This document shows, in pieces, positions 28,621 to 38,914 of a stretch of 48,349 nt of DNA; within the stretch, counting starts at the first letter, position 1; every line of letters begins with the position of its first letter. The notes beneath the pieces were generated by a model, which searched no databases, was not told where the DNA came from, and saw only the letters and a program-made list of their open reading frames with translations. Position numbers and translations under genes: made by a program. The stretch covers positions 1 to 48,349 of IMG/VR virus record IMGVR_UViG_3300024988_000243, one strand, 5' to 3'. Source of the DNA: a virus (Duplodnaviria > Caudoviricetes).

Positions 28621-29160
28621 TTAATCAATCGATGTTATTTTATAGACTTGAGTAATATACATATAGAAAAATAAATAAGTTATTATTAATGTTAGTAATC
28701 CAACAAATGGAGTTGTTATTTTAAAAGTATTGTTTGAAATTTCAAGATTGTTTTGTACTTCAGTTCTATTTGTGTTAGAAGCGTTGGCTATAGATCTTGC
28801 CCAATAGAATAATTGGTACCCTACAAAAAATACACTACTTAATACCAAAAATAATACTAAATAAAAAATTTTAGAATGAAATTTTTGTTGGTTTCTAAAA
28901 GTATCATGACGTATTTTTACATCTTCAATTTTTTTATTTAAGAAAAATTTTTTTTCTTCAAATTGTAGTTTACTTTCTTCCATCATTAATCTTATTTGTT
29001 CACGTCTTTGAGTAACAGCATAGCTTCTTAACTCTTTAAGCTCACTTTCATCACCACAAAGTGATGGTCTATCATCACATTTACTTGGTGTTTCTCCATT
29101 TGTATGAAGTGAGATATTCATCAAAAATAATAATAAAAACAAAATTTTAAGATTATTCAT
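28621..29160 (-). CDS. Accessory membrane protein
   Basis: Signal-like N-terminus, coiled coil, two TM segments; very AT-rich. Confidence 0.7.
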   Translation of the reverse strand: MNNLKILFLLLFLMNISLHTNGETPSKCDDRPSLCGDESELKELRSYAVTQRREQIRLMMEESKLQFEEKKFFLNKKIEDVKIRHDTFRNQQKFHSKIFYLVLFLVLSSVFFVGYQLFYWARSIANASNTNRTEVQNNLEISNNTFKITTPFVGLLTLIITYLFFYMYITQVYKITSID

Positions 29161-29578
29161 TTTTAAAATCCTTTAAAATAGGGGGAGCTTCGAAAATAGG
29201 ATGTGTATTGCAGCCAGATTCTACTGGATCTTTAGGTATCTCTCCGTTTTGGATAGATGGTGATTGCTGTTTTGAAATTGATTTTGATAATACTTCTATG
29301 GAAGTATTATTTGAAATTTCAATTGATTTCTTTATGGTTTTGAAAGTGAAACTAGGCGTACAATTTGGTGTTGGTTTAGGTTCTTTGGGAATGTCCTGAC
29401 AATATGGACAATATTTTTCAGGTTTTTTTACAATTGTTTTTTCAATGTTTAGATTGTGAGAGTCTTGTTTGAAAAAATTATTTTGGGTACTTTCAAGGTT
29501 ATTAATATTTAAGCTTTCTTTAGCCGATGAATAATTTGATATTAATAGAAATAGTCCCATAATTAAAAAAAATTTCAT
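29153..29578 (-). CDS. Accessory exported protein
   Basis: Signal peptide, CPYC motif, Pro-rich; overlaps the 28621 ORF. Confidence 0.65.
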   Translation of the reverse strand: MKFFLIMGLFLLISNYSSAKESLNINNLESTQNNFFKQDSHNLNIEKTIVKKPEKYCPYCQDIPKEPKPTPNCTPSFTFKTIKKSIEISNNTSIEVLSKSISKQQSPSIQNGEIPKDPVESGCNTHPIFEAPPILKDFKNE

Positions 29579-29757
29579 TATAAATTTCCTTTTACTTATT
29601 TATTAATATATTTTTTAATTTAAATGTGGTTAATAAAAATTTTAATTAGATTTTTGTAAAAATATTATAGCTTATCGAAATATGTATTGGAACTATAAAA
29701 ACTAACTAATAAATAAGGATTCACAATAGACATATCACATAAGCTTTGAGAACAACG

Positions 29758-30405
29758 ATGCGTCAAGTCAATCCAATGCTTTTAAATCAGATGAAAGCTG
29801 ATTATTTAGCAATTCAACAACTAGGTTCGCCGATTTTGTCGTGCCAAGGCATGTTAGTCCCACAAGGCATGGAAGATTACCGCTTTTTAATTAAAAGCTG
29901 TCCACGTCCGATTATTAGTAATGAAGATCCAGCGGAAGTCCAATATCCAGGGGGGTTCACTGGAATAGTAGCTGGGCCTCCTAAAACGCATTACACGGGT
30001 AATTTACAATTACTGGTAACGGAAGCAGGACATGATCAACTTTTTGCTGAATATCTTGTGGCAAATAAAGGCATGATTAATTGTGATTATTATGATGGAC
30101 ATGTCGCAAATTTTACCCGTGCATACTATCTGGAAAATTGTGCAATTCGATTTGAAATGGCTGAATTTGATACGGACAGTCGATCTCAAGTAATGACAAT
30201 TTCATGTCCGATTGATTTCAATTTCTTCGGTGGTTTTGCCAAGATTGGGAGTAATGGCACAGTATTACCTGGTCAACGTGATATTGCTGGTATTGAGGGC
30301 TTGATTAACCGTGTTCAGAACGTCGTAAATGCTGCACAGTCAGCAACAAATTTAGCTCGCTCAGCTACGGGGGTAGCACGGCAAATTGGTTCTTTATTTG
30401 GGTAA
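29758..30405 (+). CDS. Tail tube protein (P1 Tub-like)
   Basis: FLIKSCPRP...AEVQYPGG...FDTDSRSQVMTI tube-like pattern; first gene after a late motif. Confidence 0.7.
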   Translation: MRQVNPMLLNQMKADYLAIQQLGSPILSCQGMLVPQGMEDYRFLIKSCPRPIISNEDPAEVQYPGGFTGIVAGPPKTHYTGNLQLLVTEAGHDQLFAEYLVANKGMINCDYYDGHVANFTRAYYLENCAIRFEMAEFDTDSRSQVMTISCPIDFNFFGGFAKIGSNGTVLPGQRDIAGIEGLINRVQNVVNAAQSATNLARSATGVARQIGSLFG

Positions 30406-30410
30406 CGACT

Positions 30411-30857
30411 ATGTACTTGTTACCTGATGATGGCTCTCGATGTCCAAAAGTGATTGCTGGTTCTATCGAAGAACTAGCAACGACTTTTTATCAAAAACTA
30501 CAAATGAAAGGCTATTCACTTCTTGTTGAAGATGTCACTAATGCTTTGATTGAAGAAACAAAGCGTTATGCTGGATGTGCGACTTTGAGATGTCAGCGTG
30601 GTTCAACTAATATCATCATAATAGACAAGACCATTGTCCTTGAAGGCTTTGAATGGTTCATTATTGAACCGTGTCTAAGTGCAAACTGTGACTTGATCCA
30701 AGCTCAACTAGTTGAAGCATCACGTAGCATGGGCGGTGATGGTTTTGGCATGTCAGTGAGTGAAGCTGAACAAGCATATAATCAAGCAAAAGAGTTAATG
30801 CCTAAAAATGCTTTTGTGGAGCCTCCTTTTAGTTTTAAAACTTTAGGGGGCAATTGA
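30411..30857 (+). CDS. Virion structural protein (possible head-tail connector)
   Basis: 148 aa helical ORF in the tail operon. Confidence 0.5.
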   Translation: MYLLPDDGSRCPKVIAGSIEELATTFYQKLQMKGYSLLVEDVTNALIEETKRYAGCATLRCQRGSTNIIIIDKTIVLEGFEWFIIEPCLSANCDLIQAQLVEASRSMGGDGFGMSVSEAEQAYNQAKELMPKNAFVEPPFSFKTLGGN

Positions 30858-31753
30858 TGCGAATCGCGATATTGGCAACCAATAAAATCATTTCTGCGTC
30901 TGAGTTGATGATTGCAACATTAAGAACGGATCTTGTTCCTGTACCTGTCAGTATCGAGTTTGCAGTCAAGTATACAAAGGAACTCAATGATCAATTGGTA
31001 GATGGGGCGGAAATTATCGTGAATGATATTCCATATCCATTTGAAATCGTTTACTCACATCCCGTTAAATTGCAAACGATTAAAGACAATTCCCGAATCG
31101 GGGCTATTTCATGCATCGCCGTGTTTAAAGGTTGTAAAAAGATACTGGAGCAAGCAAAAAAGGCTGTGATTTTGGAGCAGACTTCTTTTAATGCTGCATA
31201 TCGTGCGTGTGGTGCCTCTAATATGCGCTTGGGTGATGATATACCTTTACCTGAATTTATTTGTCTCAACGGTACCTTGATTTCAGAGCGTATAGCACTT
31301 TATTTACAACAAGAAGCTGCGGTGATTTGTTTTAAAGAAACAAAGATTTGTATTTTAAAACTCGATGCACTTTTTAAACAAGAAGCGGTTCTGAAATTAG
31401 ATCCAAGTGAAATCCAATGGTTTAACAGCGATCAAATTGAGAAGTTTCAAAAGTCCTCTTATGTCTCCGTTGATCAAGATGGTTCGACGGTTATTGGGGA
31501 CGATACGACGACGAAAGGGCAGTCTGTTATTCAGAAAGCAGGTCTTGATGCGCGACAGTTAAAGAATCTGGAAAAGGTACTAATTCCGCGTGGCGTGGTT
31601 CATCGTTCGTTAAGTCTTGAAGTAAACGCTGGCGATATAGTCGAAGTAGAACATAAGAAATATGTGATTTTGACAGCAGCTCATGAAGTAGAAACAGGTG
31701 CTATTGGTGGCAATGTCGGTTCAACCTCAAAGCTTTGGTTAGCAAGTTTATAG
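30857..31753 (+). CDS. Baseplate hub protein (gpD/gp27-like)
   Basis: LRTDLVPVPVSIEF start and AGDIVEV...YVILTAAH end; precedes the spike. Confidence 0.65.
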   Translation: MRIAILATNKIISASELMIATLRTDLVPVPVSIEFAVKYTKELNDQLVDGAEIIVNDIPYPFEIVYSHPVKLQTIKDNSRIGAISCIAVFKGCKKILEQAKKAVILEQTSFNAAYRACGASNMRLGDDIPLPEFICLNGTLISERIALYLQQEAAVICFKETKICILKLDALFKQEAVLKLDPSEIQWFNSDQIEKFQKSSYVSVDQDGSTVIGDDTTTKGQSVIQKAGLDARQLKNLEKVLIPRGVVHRSLSLEVNAGDIVEVEHKKYVILTAAHEVETGAIGGNVGSTSKLWLASL

Positions 31754-31761
31754 GTGCTGTG

Positions 31762-32235
31762 ATGAATGGTTTTAAAAAAGCAAAAATCCTCAGTTACGAT
31801 GCGCAAAGCAGAACTGCAAAGATTCACATACCCGGTCTTACGGATGGCGCAAGTACGGGCTTAACAGCAACTTTTGCTTATCCTGTTGGAGATAGCGATA
31901 AAGATACTGAGCGCGAAATTTTAGAGGGTGAGGATATCTATATCTTCTTTGAAAATAATGAGCAATCGCGTCCTGTCATTGCATTCTATAGTAGTCATAG
32001 TAAAGGTGCTGCGGTCGATACACGCCGTATACGACAAGAGAATATCGAGCTTTTAGCACGTAGCAAGGCAACGATTGAAGCGCCTTCTATTGAATTAAGA
32101 GGTGAAACAAAGATTACAGGCAACGAGCAAGTCACTGGAAACGTCATCGTTGGTTCTGGTGCAACAGGCGTATTTTCAAATGTTTTTGGGAAAACGCTAA
32201 CCATAGCAGATGGCATTGTGATTCAAATTTCATAA
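31762..32235 (+). CDS. Baseplate spike protein (gpV/gp5-like)
   Basis: OB-fold (KIHIPGLT...IFFENNEQSRPVI) and short beta-helix repeats. Confidence 0.8.
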   Translation: MNGFKKAKILSYDAQSRTAKIHIPGLTDGASTGLTATFAYPVGDSDKDTEREILEGEDIYIFFENNEQSRPVIAFYSSHSKGAAVDTRRIRQENIELLARSKATIEAPSIELRGETKITGNEQVTGNVIVGSGATGVFSNVFGKTLTIADGIVIQIS

Positions 32236-32252
32236 AATTTTAAAGGTGATAT

Positions 32253-32666
32253 ATGAGTGAATTAAATGTTCAATATCTTCAATCATTAGAAGATCATATC
32301 AATGCTGTGCAGACTTGCGAAGATCTTCAAAAGGCGGTGGATACAGTGATGAATGCTTTAGGTGATCAATTGCAAGCATTGACCGATGAATTAGAAATAG
32401 TTGGGGCGATTCAGGAATTATTAGAAATCCCGAACAATCTTGCAAAAGTTATTACATGGATCCAAAAATATATTGAATTGGTTTTGTCACCAATGTATCA
32501 GCCATATTTAAAATGTGCAGCCCAAATCGCTCAATTAATAGCTAAAATTCAGCAATTGCAAGCCACTATCATGGATAAAATGAATTCAATTACAAATTGT
32601 TCAATTAATATTCCAACGATTAATTTCCCTGAAATTATTCCCCCTGAAGTGCCGACTTTACCTTAA
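32253..32666 (+). CDS. Helical protein following the spike
   Basis: 137 aa amphipathic helices, Pro-rich end. Confidence 0.7.
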   Translation: MSELNVQYLQSLEDHINAVQTCEDLQKAVDTVMNALGDQLQALTDELEIVGAIQELLEIPNNLAKVITWIQKYIELVLSPMYQPYLKCAAQIAQLIAKIQQLQATIMDKMNSITNCSINIPTINFPEIIPPEVPTLP

Positions 32667-32747
32667 TTTTGTTATTGGAACGACCAAGCATTAACGCCGC
32701 TGGAATTAGCCAAAATTACGTTAATTCTTAGATATTTTGGTTTAATT

Positions 32748-34292
32748 ATGGCGGCTTCAGACATCCTTTCCTTGTTGTTGGGACCAAGTACAAATAGCGT
32801 ACCCCAGCAACTTCTCGACATTAATCAGGAGAACATGGCGCAAATGTATAATTCAGTTGCACCATTTTCGTTAGGCACGTATACAACACAAGAAAATAAG
32901 AAAAGAACACGTAAAGAAATACTTACTAAATGGGAGCAAATGTTAAAGTTTGCACCTATAGCGGAAGGTATTGGTATTCATGTCATGGCTGCGCTTGGAA
33001 GTGATATATATAGTGGCCAACAAATATTTATTACGCCTACAGCGCGATTACGGGGTGATATTGGATCTACCGAAAAAGCGCAATTAGAAAAATTACAAAA
33101 GCGGATCAAACCAGTAGAAAAAATTATTAATCAATACATCGCTAAATTATGTTCAGAAGCAATTTCATTTGGTGATGCATATGCAAGAGTGTTCGGTAAA
33201 AAGGGTTTGGGTATCACTGACATATTATGTAATGAATATACTTATGCACCCCAAATACAAGCATTTGAACAAGGTTCCAAGACAGTGGCTTATTTTGCAC
33301 TGAATCCAAAAAATTGGTCTAAAGTGATTACGAAATTAAATGCCACACAGATGGTTCGAATGAAATTACCTCGAATACAAAATGTACCCCAAACAGATTC
33401 TTTAGAACCTAGTTTACTTTCTCAAATATTGGAAGATGATGATCTAAATAGATTACCGATTTTACCCGCACAAGTTGGGGGGTCTTTTCTATATACAATA
33501 GAGAAAGCTTATGATGATGTCATCCTTGCACTTTCAACAATGAATAGTCAGCAAGTCGCTGATACAGTAAATCAAATATTTTTAACATTGAATATGTCAG
33601 GAATGTCAACCGCGCAGCGAGAAGCATATATGCGTGGTCTTGAAGGAATGCTTAAAGATCATGAAATGTTTATAAAAAGAGCGATGGAAGGTGGAGAGGG
33701 CATTTGGAATACTAAATATCACATATTGCCTACTTGGGATGAAAAACAAGTCTTAAATCCAATGGGGGATATTAAAGGGCAGCGTAATTCACCTGTAAAT
33801 ATAGAAACATTTATGATTAATGTACGTTTATTAATGGGAGGAATTGGTCTCGATCCTTCAATGGTTGGTTGGGCTGATATGCTTTCTGGTGGTATCGGTG
33901 ATGATGCGGCATTTACTACATCAAGTCAGATTATGCGACGCTCAATGTATATTCGACAATCTGTTGTCCAGTTTGTAAATGATCTTATGCATATCGATTG
34001 GGGTTTTTGCTATAACGAACAATTCAATGAAAATGAATTGGATTTCCCTTGGCAAGTTGAGTTTTCTAGTACTCAGTCAGCAGCTGTGACAGAAGAAAAT
34101 ACCAATAAACAAACTCAGATGAATACATCCTTACTTAAAATTCAAGTCATTAACTCACTCAAAGAATCTGATTTAAGTCAGGAAACGATGCAATATATTT
34201 TAGAAAAAGATGCTGGTTTTAACTATGACGATTCATGTCGTATAGCAGCTGATATTGCGAAATCTCGTTTCAATCGACAGGGCGAACAATGA
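32748..34292 (+). CDS. Portal protein (P1 Prt-like)
   Basis: 514 aa; FGDAYARV, LMGGIGLDPSMVGW and PWQVEF portal-like blocks. Confidence 0.75.
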   Translation: MAASDILSLLLGPSTNSVPQQLLDINQENMAQMYNSVAPFSLGTYTTQENKKRTRKEILTKWEQMLKFAPIAEGIGIHVMAALGSDIYSGQQIFITPTARLRGDIGSTEKAQLEKLQKRIKPVEKIINQYIAKLCSEAISFGDAYARVFGKKGLGITDILCNEYTYAPQIQAFEQGSKTVAYFALNPKNWSKVITKLNATQMVRMKLPRIQNVPQTDSLEPSLLSQILEDDDLNRLPILPAQVGGSFLYTIEKAYDDVILALSTMNSQQVADTVNQIFLTLNMSGMSTAQREAYMRGLEGMLKDHEMFIKRAMEGGEGIWNTKYHILPTWDEKQVLNPMGDIKGQRNSPVNIETFMINVRLLMGGIGLDPSMVGWADMLSGGIGDDAAFTTSSQIMRRSMYIRQSVVQFVNDLMHIDWGFCYNEQFNENELDFPWQVEFSSTQSAAVTEENTNKQTQMNTSLLKIQVINSLKESDLSQETMQYILEKDAGFNYDDSCRIAADIAKSRFNRQGEQ

Positions 34293-34993
34293 TGTTGAGA
34301 TTAAATACACCAGGTAATAATGGTCCTTGGTCTGGTATGCCAATTAATGAGGCAAGAAAATTTTATGACAAAATATATTCGCTTGGAGTTTTATCCACAC
34401 TCCATTTTGGTGTGTGGTTAGAACCTTTCGATCCTAAAAGTGCGCTTGCTAAAAGTTCAATTGAACTAATTGATGCTTATGACTTAACACATCCTGAAGC
34501 AGGTCAATTCAATGCATTCGAAAATGGAGAAAGTGGATTTTTAGCAAGTACTACAATTGAGAATATCCCATTGTTGGATAGAGAAAAGTTACCTTGGCTA
34601 TGTCAAAGTATTGATTTATCTGTAATGGATGCACAAACCGATAGTATTCAGGTTGGTGCATTTCAACTCAATCACATCACTGGAAATAGTTCGGGTGAAA
34701 TATCTATACCATTTATTGAGACACGCAATGCATCCATTCTAAATAGTGCTTTGGCAATAAAAGCGATCATGTTTCCTGATGGTGAGGATGGGGGTACACA
34801 AGCATTACCGAATGATTATCTAATGCGTATGACAATATATATTTATGATAAACAAAGCTACTCAACTAAGGTTTTTGAAATTAAACATTTGGTCGCTTTA
34901 CAAACAGGAAGTATTCCACTTGATGCCACAAATCGAAATGGAGTCGGTATCGTCACGCTGAATTTTATAAAGATGTTTCCGATGTTGAAATGA
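34289..34993 (+). CDS. Tube-fold baseplate/tail initiator protein
   Basis: QSIDLS...QVGAFQ...EISIPFIET tube-like pattern. Confidence 0.5.
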   Translation: MMLRLNTPGNNGPWSGMPINEARKFYDKIYSLGVLSTLHFGVWLEPFDPKSALAKSSIELIDAYDLTHPEAGQFNAFENGESGFLASTTIENIPLLDREKLPWLCQSIDLSVMDAQTDSIQVGAFQLNHITGNSSGEISIPFIETRNASILNSALAIKAIMFPDGEDGGTQALPNDYLMRMTIYIYDKQSYSTKVFEIKHLVALQTGSIPLDATNRNGVGIVTLNFIKMFPMLK

Positions 34994-35064
34994 ATTTAGT
35001 TAGTTGTGATATAGGTTTTTTTGCATTATTTTTAAGTAACCAATTATAAAAATATGGAATTGAT

Positions 35065-35895
35065 ATGTTAAAAAACCTTTTAAGAACAATATTTTTGGCA
35101 TCTACATATTTAACAGTAAATATGGCATTTGCTAATAATTTAGGTCCAAATGAGGCTATCAAAGAATGTACTAATTACAGAGGAGTAGCTTTTGAAGAAG
35201 ATGGACATTTTTATACGACTTACGCCATTGCTAAATTTGCAGGACTTAGTAATAAAGAGTCAATGCCTTTATCTTTCTTTTCTGAATATCCAGATGAAAG
35301 TCAGTATACAGCAACGAAAAACTCTTTGATTAGTATGATTAGACTTCAAAAAGTTTTAAATAAAAATGGCTTTGAAAAACAAGTTGTTGAAAAGCTGCAT
35401 TCTTTACATGGAGGCGATAGCAAAGCTATAGAGAAAAGGCGAAATTCATTAAAGAGTGCAATATCAGCCAATTTAAAAAGTTCAAATAATTTATGGAAAG
35501 CTGGATTATTAATACATGCGTATGCTGATGCCTATGCGCATACAAAAGGTGATTATAGTCAAACTAATGAGGAAGGTTACACATACCCACTCGGTCATGC
35601 ATTTGACTCTTTATTTAAAACTAATCCTGATAAAATTGTAACTGCAAAAAAGAAATATACTGATTACACTAGGTCATTATTCTCTTTACTGGAAACTCCA
35701 GAAGCAGATAAAAGCAAGTTTGAGGATTTTTTAAAAAAGATTAATTCACCAGAATGTAATAATGATCAATGTGTTCAAAAAATAATTAAAGATGAATCAT
35801 CTATAGGATTAATGAAATTTTCCACTTGTATGAAGAATCAGATGAGGTCTTTGACTCAAAACGAGATTCAGGATGTAATGGATCAGATTAAATAA
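35065..35895 (+). CDS. Exported His/Asp metal-binding protein (phospholipase C/P1-nuclease-like), accessory
   Basis: Signal peptide; DGHFYTTY, PDE, LHSLHGG, LIHAYADAYAH and LGH motifs. Confidence 0.6.
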   Translation: MLKNLLRTIFLASTYLTVNMAFANNLGPNEAIKECTNYRGVAFEEDGHFYTTYAIAKFAGLSNKESMPLSFFSEYPDESQYTATKNSLISMIRLQKVLNKNGFEKQVVEKLHSLHGGDSKAIEKRRNSLKSAISANLKSSNNLWKAGLLIHAYADAYAHTKGDYSQTNEEGYTYPLGHAFDSLFKTNPDKIVTAKKKYTDYTRSLFSLLETPEADKSKFEDFLKKINSPECNNDQCVQKIIKDESSIGLMKFSTCMKNQMRSLTQNEIQDVMDQIK

Positions 35896-35989
35896 CCTAT
35901 AAGTTTAGCTTAATTGGAACTCTATCAAATCTCAGTTAAATAAATTGTCAAAATTGCCTCAATCAGAAAAATATTGAGGCATTTTTTCA

Positions 35990-37360
35990 ATGCGAAATTT
36001 CGACATATTTACTTCATTATATGGGCCACACACCAGTCGTTTAGTACAGGGTTTTGATTTTGTAAATAGTGGGGGGTGTTCAATTGGAGTGATCAAAGGG
36101 AAATATTGTCAGCTTAATGCGATTGTGGCAGAGTCAGCAACAGAAGAAGATCAGTGGCGTATTGTGAATCTAAAAGGTTCAATCAATAACATCGCAGCCT
36201 TTGACTCAATTGCCGTTTTAGGTGCAGTTGATAATGATCATGCCAGTGCATTAGCACAATTGCAGTTTGGACGTATGTTTGATGCTATTGAAGATGATGT
36301 AATTGAAAGTAATACCAACGGTCTATTGCGACATTTAGCAACACCACAATTTCATAAGCATAAACAACTTATCCATCGAGCTCATTTAGTCGCATTACAA
36401 GATATTCCGTGTGCGGTATTACCAAGTTGGGATGGTATAGAACTTACAACGCATGAAGCAAAAACAGCAAATCTGCTTTTAGATATGCAACTTCATGATG
36501 ACAATACTGAACTTTTATCAAGTTTCGATGGTATATCTAATTTACTTAGATCAATTGGTGCTGAACATCCTGATTTTGATTCAATTATTGTTAAATATCA
36601 ATATTTCGATAAGTTGATAGCTATGCTCCATACTGCAATCAAAATTGCATCAAAAGGCGGCGTAGAAGTTATAAGTGTAGATCAAAGTAAGCCATTTCAG
36701 CACAAAAAAATGCTGAATGTTGCTGTTTCCTATGATTTTGAAGATGGGCAAACTATCACGATTGTATTTCATCATCCTGATAGGAGTGTTAAGCGGATTG
36801 TAGCGCAAGATATATTATTATCTTGGAAAATTTTGATGAATAAGCGCGATATTACTAGCGTAATTCAACCCAAACAAGCTGAGAATATTGCTTTACCTGT
36901 GCTTGCAGGACGTTTAGTTAAATTGATTAATCAGAACAGCTTACGTTTTAAACGCACACAAAAGAAAAAAGCTGGAAATGAGCTAGTTTGGGCTGTTGCT
37001 AAACAACGTATCGCAAATAAGCGCAATCAAAGAAAGGCATTGGTTTCCCAGATTCAGGATTTACTAAATCAAATTGAGCGTTTGAATATTCAAAAGGAAG
37101 TTAAAAATCCCAATAATAGTGCTATTGGATCTGCAATGTTTAGCGCTGACAATCATGCAAACTCAAATGTGAATAGTGATGATACAGACTATCTAAACAA
37201 AGTCATCAAGGGTGATGTTGATTTTTCTAAAGCTGATGATGTTGAAGCACAACTTGAATCAATTAGTGAACGTTTAACGTCTGAAACCAATGATTTATTT
37301 GAAAAGGCTGTTTCTGCTTATTCAATGTATCAAATAAAAAAAGCTGAAACGGTCAATTAA
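35990..37360 (+). CDS. darA: DarA-like head protein (defence against restriction)
   Basis: DarA_N-like block (SKPFQH...FEDGQTITIVFHHPD...WKILMNKRDIT), coiled coil, DarA_C-like DTDYLNKVIKG. Confidence 0.7.
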   Translation: MRNFDIFTSLYGPHTSRLVQGFDFVNSGGCSIGVIKGKYCQLNAIVAESATEEDQWRIVNLKGSINNIAAFDSIAVLGAVDNDHASALAQLQFGRMFDAIEDDVIESNTNGLLRHLATPQFHKHKQLIHRAHLVALQDIPCAVLPSWDGIELTTHEAKTANLLLDMQLHDDNTELLSSFDGISNLLRSIGAEHPDFDSIIVKYQYFDKLIAMLHTAIKIASKGGVEVISVDQSKPFQHKKMLNVAVSYDFEDGQTITIVFHHPDRSVKRIVAQDILLSWKILMNKRDITSVIQPKQAENIALPVLAGRLVKLINQNSLRFKRTQKKKAGNELVWAVAKQRIANKRNQRKALVSQIQDLLNQIERLNIQKEVKNPNNSAIGSAMFSADNHANSNVNSDDTDYLNKVIKGDVDFSKADDVEAQLESISERLTSETNDLFEKAVSAYSMYQIKKAETVN

Positions 37361-37373
37361 GGAAAAGCTTTAA

Positions 37374-37691
37374 ATGAATGGCTTAAAGAAGTTAAAACTT
37401 ACAAAAGAATTACGTGCTTTGCTTGAGCAGATCCCAAATCTAAAGGGGATGGAAAAGCTTCAAAGTACAAAACGATTGCGAGAATTGATTGAATTACTTG
37501 GCGGACAAGCGAATCAATCAGTCAATAAATTATTTCAGTCTATTATTGATGGTGACGTTAAAGTATCCATTGAATTACTTAAGCAAGTTCGTAGTGAAGC
37601 TGAAAAGAATTTGAATGATCCGTTATTGATTGAAGCCGTTAATGTTCTTATTACTCAAGTGAATGATCTGGTTGGAACTGAACAAGCTTAG
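37374..37691 (+). CDS. Small protein of the dar operon
   Basis: LKKLKL/MEKLQ repeat and LFQSIIDG similar to the DarA C-terminal motif. Confidence 0.65.
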   Translation: MNGLKKLKLTKELRALLEQIPNLKGMEKLQSTKRLRELIELLGGQANQSVNKLFQSIIDGDVKVSIELLKQVRSEAEKNLNDPLLIEAVNVLITQVNDLVGTEQA

Positions 37692-37748
37692 CCAGTCTTG
37701 AAGCTCTCAAAATAGTCCTAAATGGGCTATTTTTTTTGAGTTTTTGAA

Positions 37749-38914
37749 ATGAGTAAAATTGGCAATATTTCCAAAGATACAGATGTTTTGATTGCTATCG
37801 ATACAATGGTTACAGCTTTGGGTGATCAAGTAATCAGTGAGTGGGATAGTGAGCAGGCTGATCAAGATTTTAATGAAATTTTGACAATAAATAATAATGA
37901 TTACATTAAATCTGCGAAATCCTATTTTTCAGAAAACCTACAGTCTAAACAAATCAAAACAGCTATTGGATTAGTAACAATTAACTCAAAGTCGAAGGGG
38001 AAGATGCTTCATCGTCTGCGTCCAAGTTCGGCTCTAGTCATACCACGTATTCCTGAAATTTTAATGTATGGAAAAATTGGAGAACGTGAGGAATTAAATA
38101 AAGAGCGATCAGATGATTTTGTTGCTTTTTATACTTTTGAAAAGGTTATTCAGATAGAGACGTTGAGCATTATTGCTCGTATTAAAGTAGGGGAGCTATC
38201 AAATGGATTATTAGCTTATTATCTTGCTGCAAAAAAAGAAGTCCCAGATTTTGATTCCTCGTGGGTCGATGATCAAACAAAGACGAGAGGTCACAAAGAG
38301 GGACTTGAAAGCCAGTTTACACCTAACTTACATGCTCAAGGCACCATAGGCTTAGAAACCGACTTCGATTCAATTGAATCATACGATGACAATGAAATCA
38401 ATCTATTTATACAAGTTCTAGACAAAAATGGTAATGTCTTAACTGAAAATGAAGCTGAAAAGCTCATCTTTGGGGAAAGCCGTAACTCTGACCAGAATAA
38501 AATTTTAAAAGGACGTAGTAATAACGTCAAAACAGCCAAAGGAACCAAAGTATCAACCGTATTTGCTGTGTTAGAAGCCGATCAAGTGATTGCTTCACAT
38601 ACGACTACAGGGGCGGAAAATCCTAATTATCCTCAAGAACTTCAACCATGAGATCGTAGTCGAGAATCTTCCCAAGCATGGGTGCAAAAAACTTCAAATA
38701 CTTTAGATCCTGAAAGCTTGGAACGTTCAGGTCGTGCAGATACTGGTGCGCCTATCGTCGGGGATGATTTGGTGGTTGAGTCTGGTAATTGCCGTACCAT
38801 GGCAATCCAGTTTGCCTATTAGCGTGGAAATGCTGATGAATACAAAGAATGGTTGATTGGTGAATCAGAATATTTTGGCTTTAGCGCCGATCAAATCAAC
38901 CAAAGCTATTTATA
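37749..38914 (+). pseudogene. Polyvalent protein (LPD3-like plus DdrB-like ParB domain), interrupted and truncated
   Basis: ORF stops at TGA 38649-38651 within PQELQP*DRSR. Homology continues in frame (GAPIVGDDLVVESGNCRTMAI), second stop TAG 38820-38822, then joins Rhs DNA near 38900. Confidence 0.75.

Noticed and set aside
38857-38902. TTG start of the Rhs ORF as a true gene start
   Set aside because: These codons are out-of-frame DdrB-like DNA upstream of the junction.
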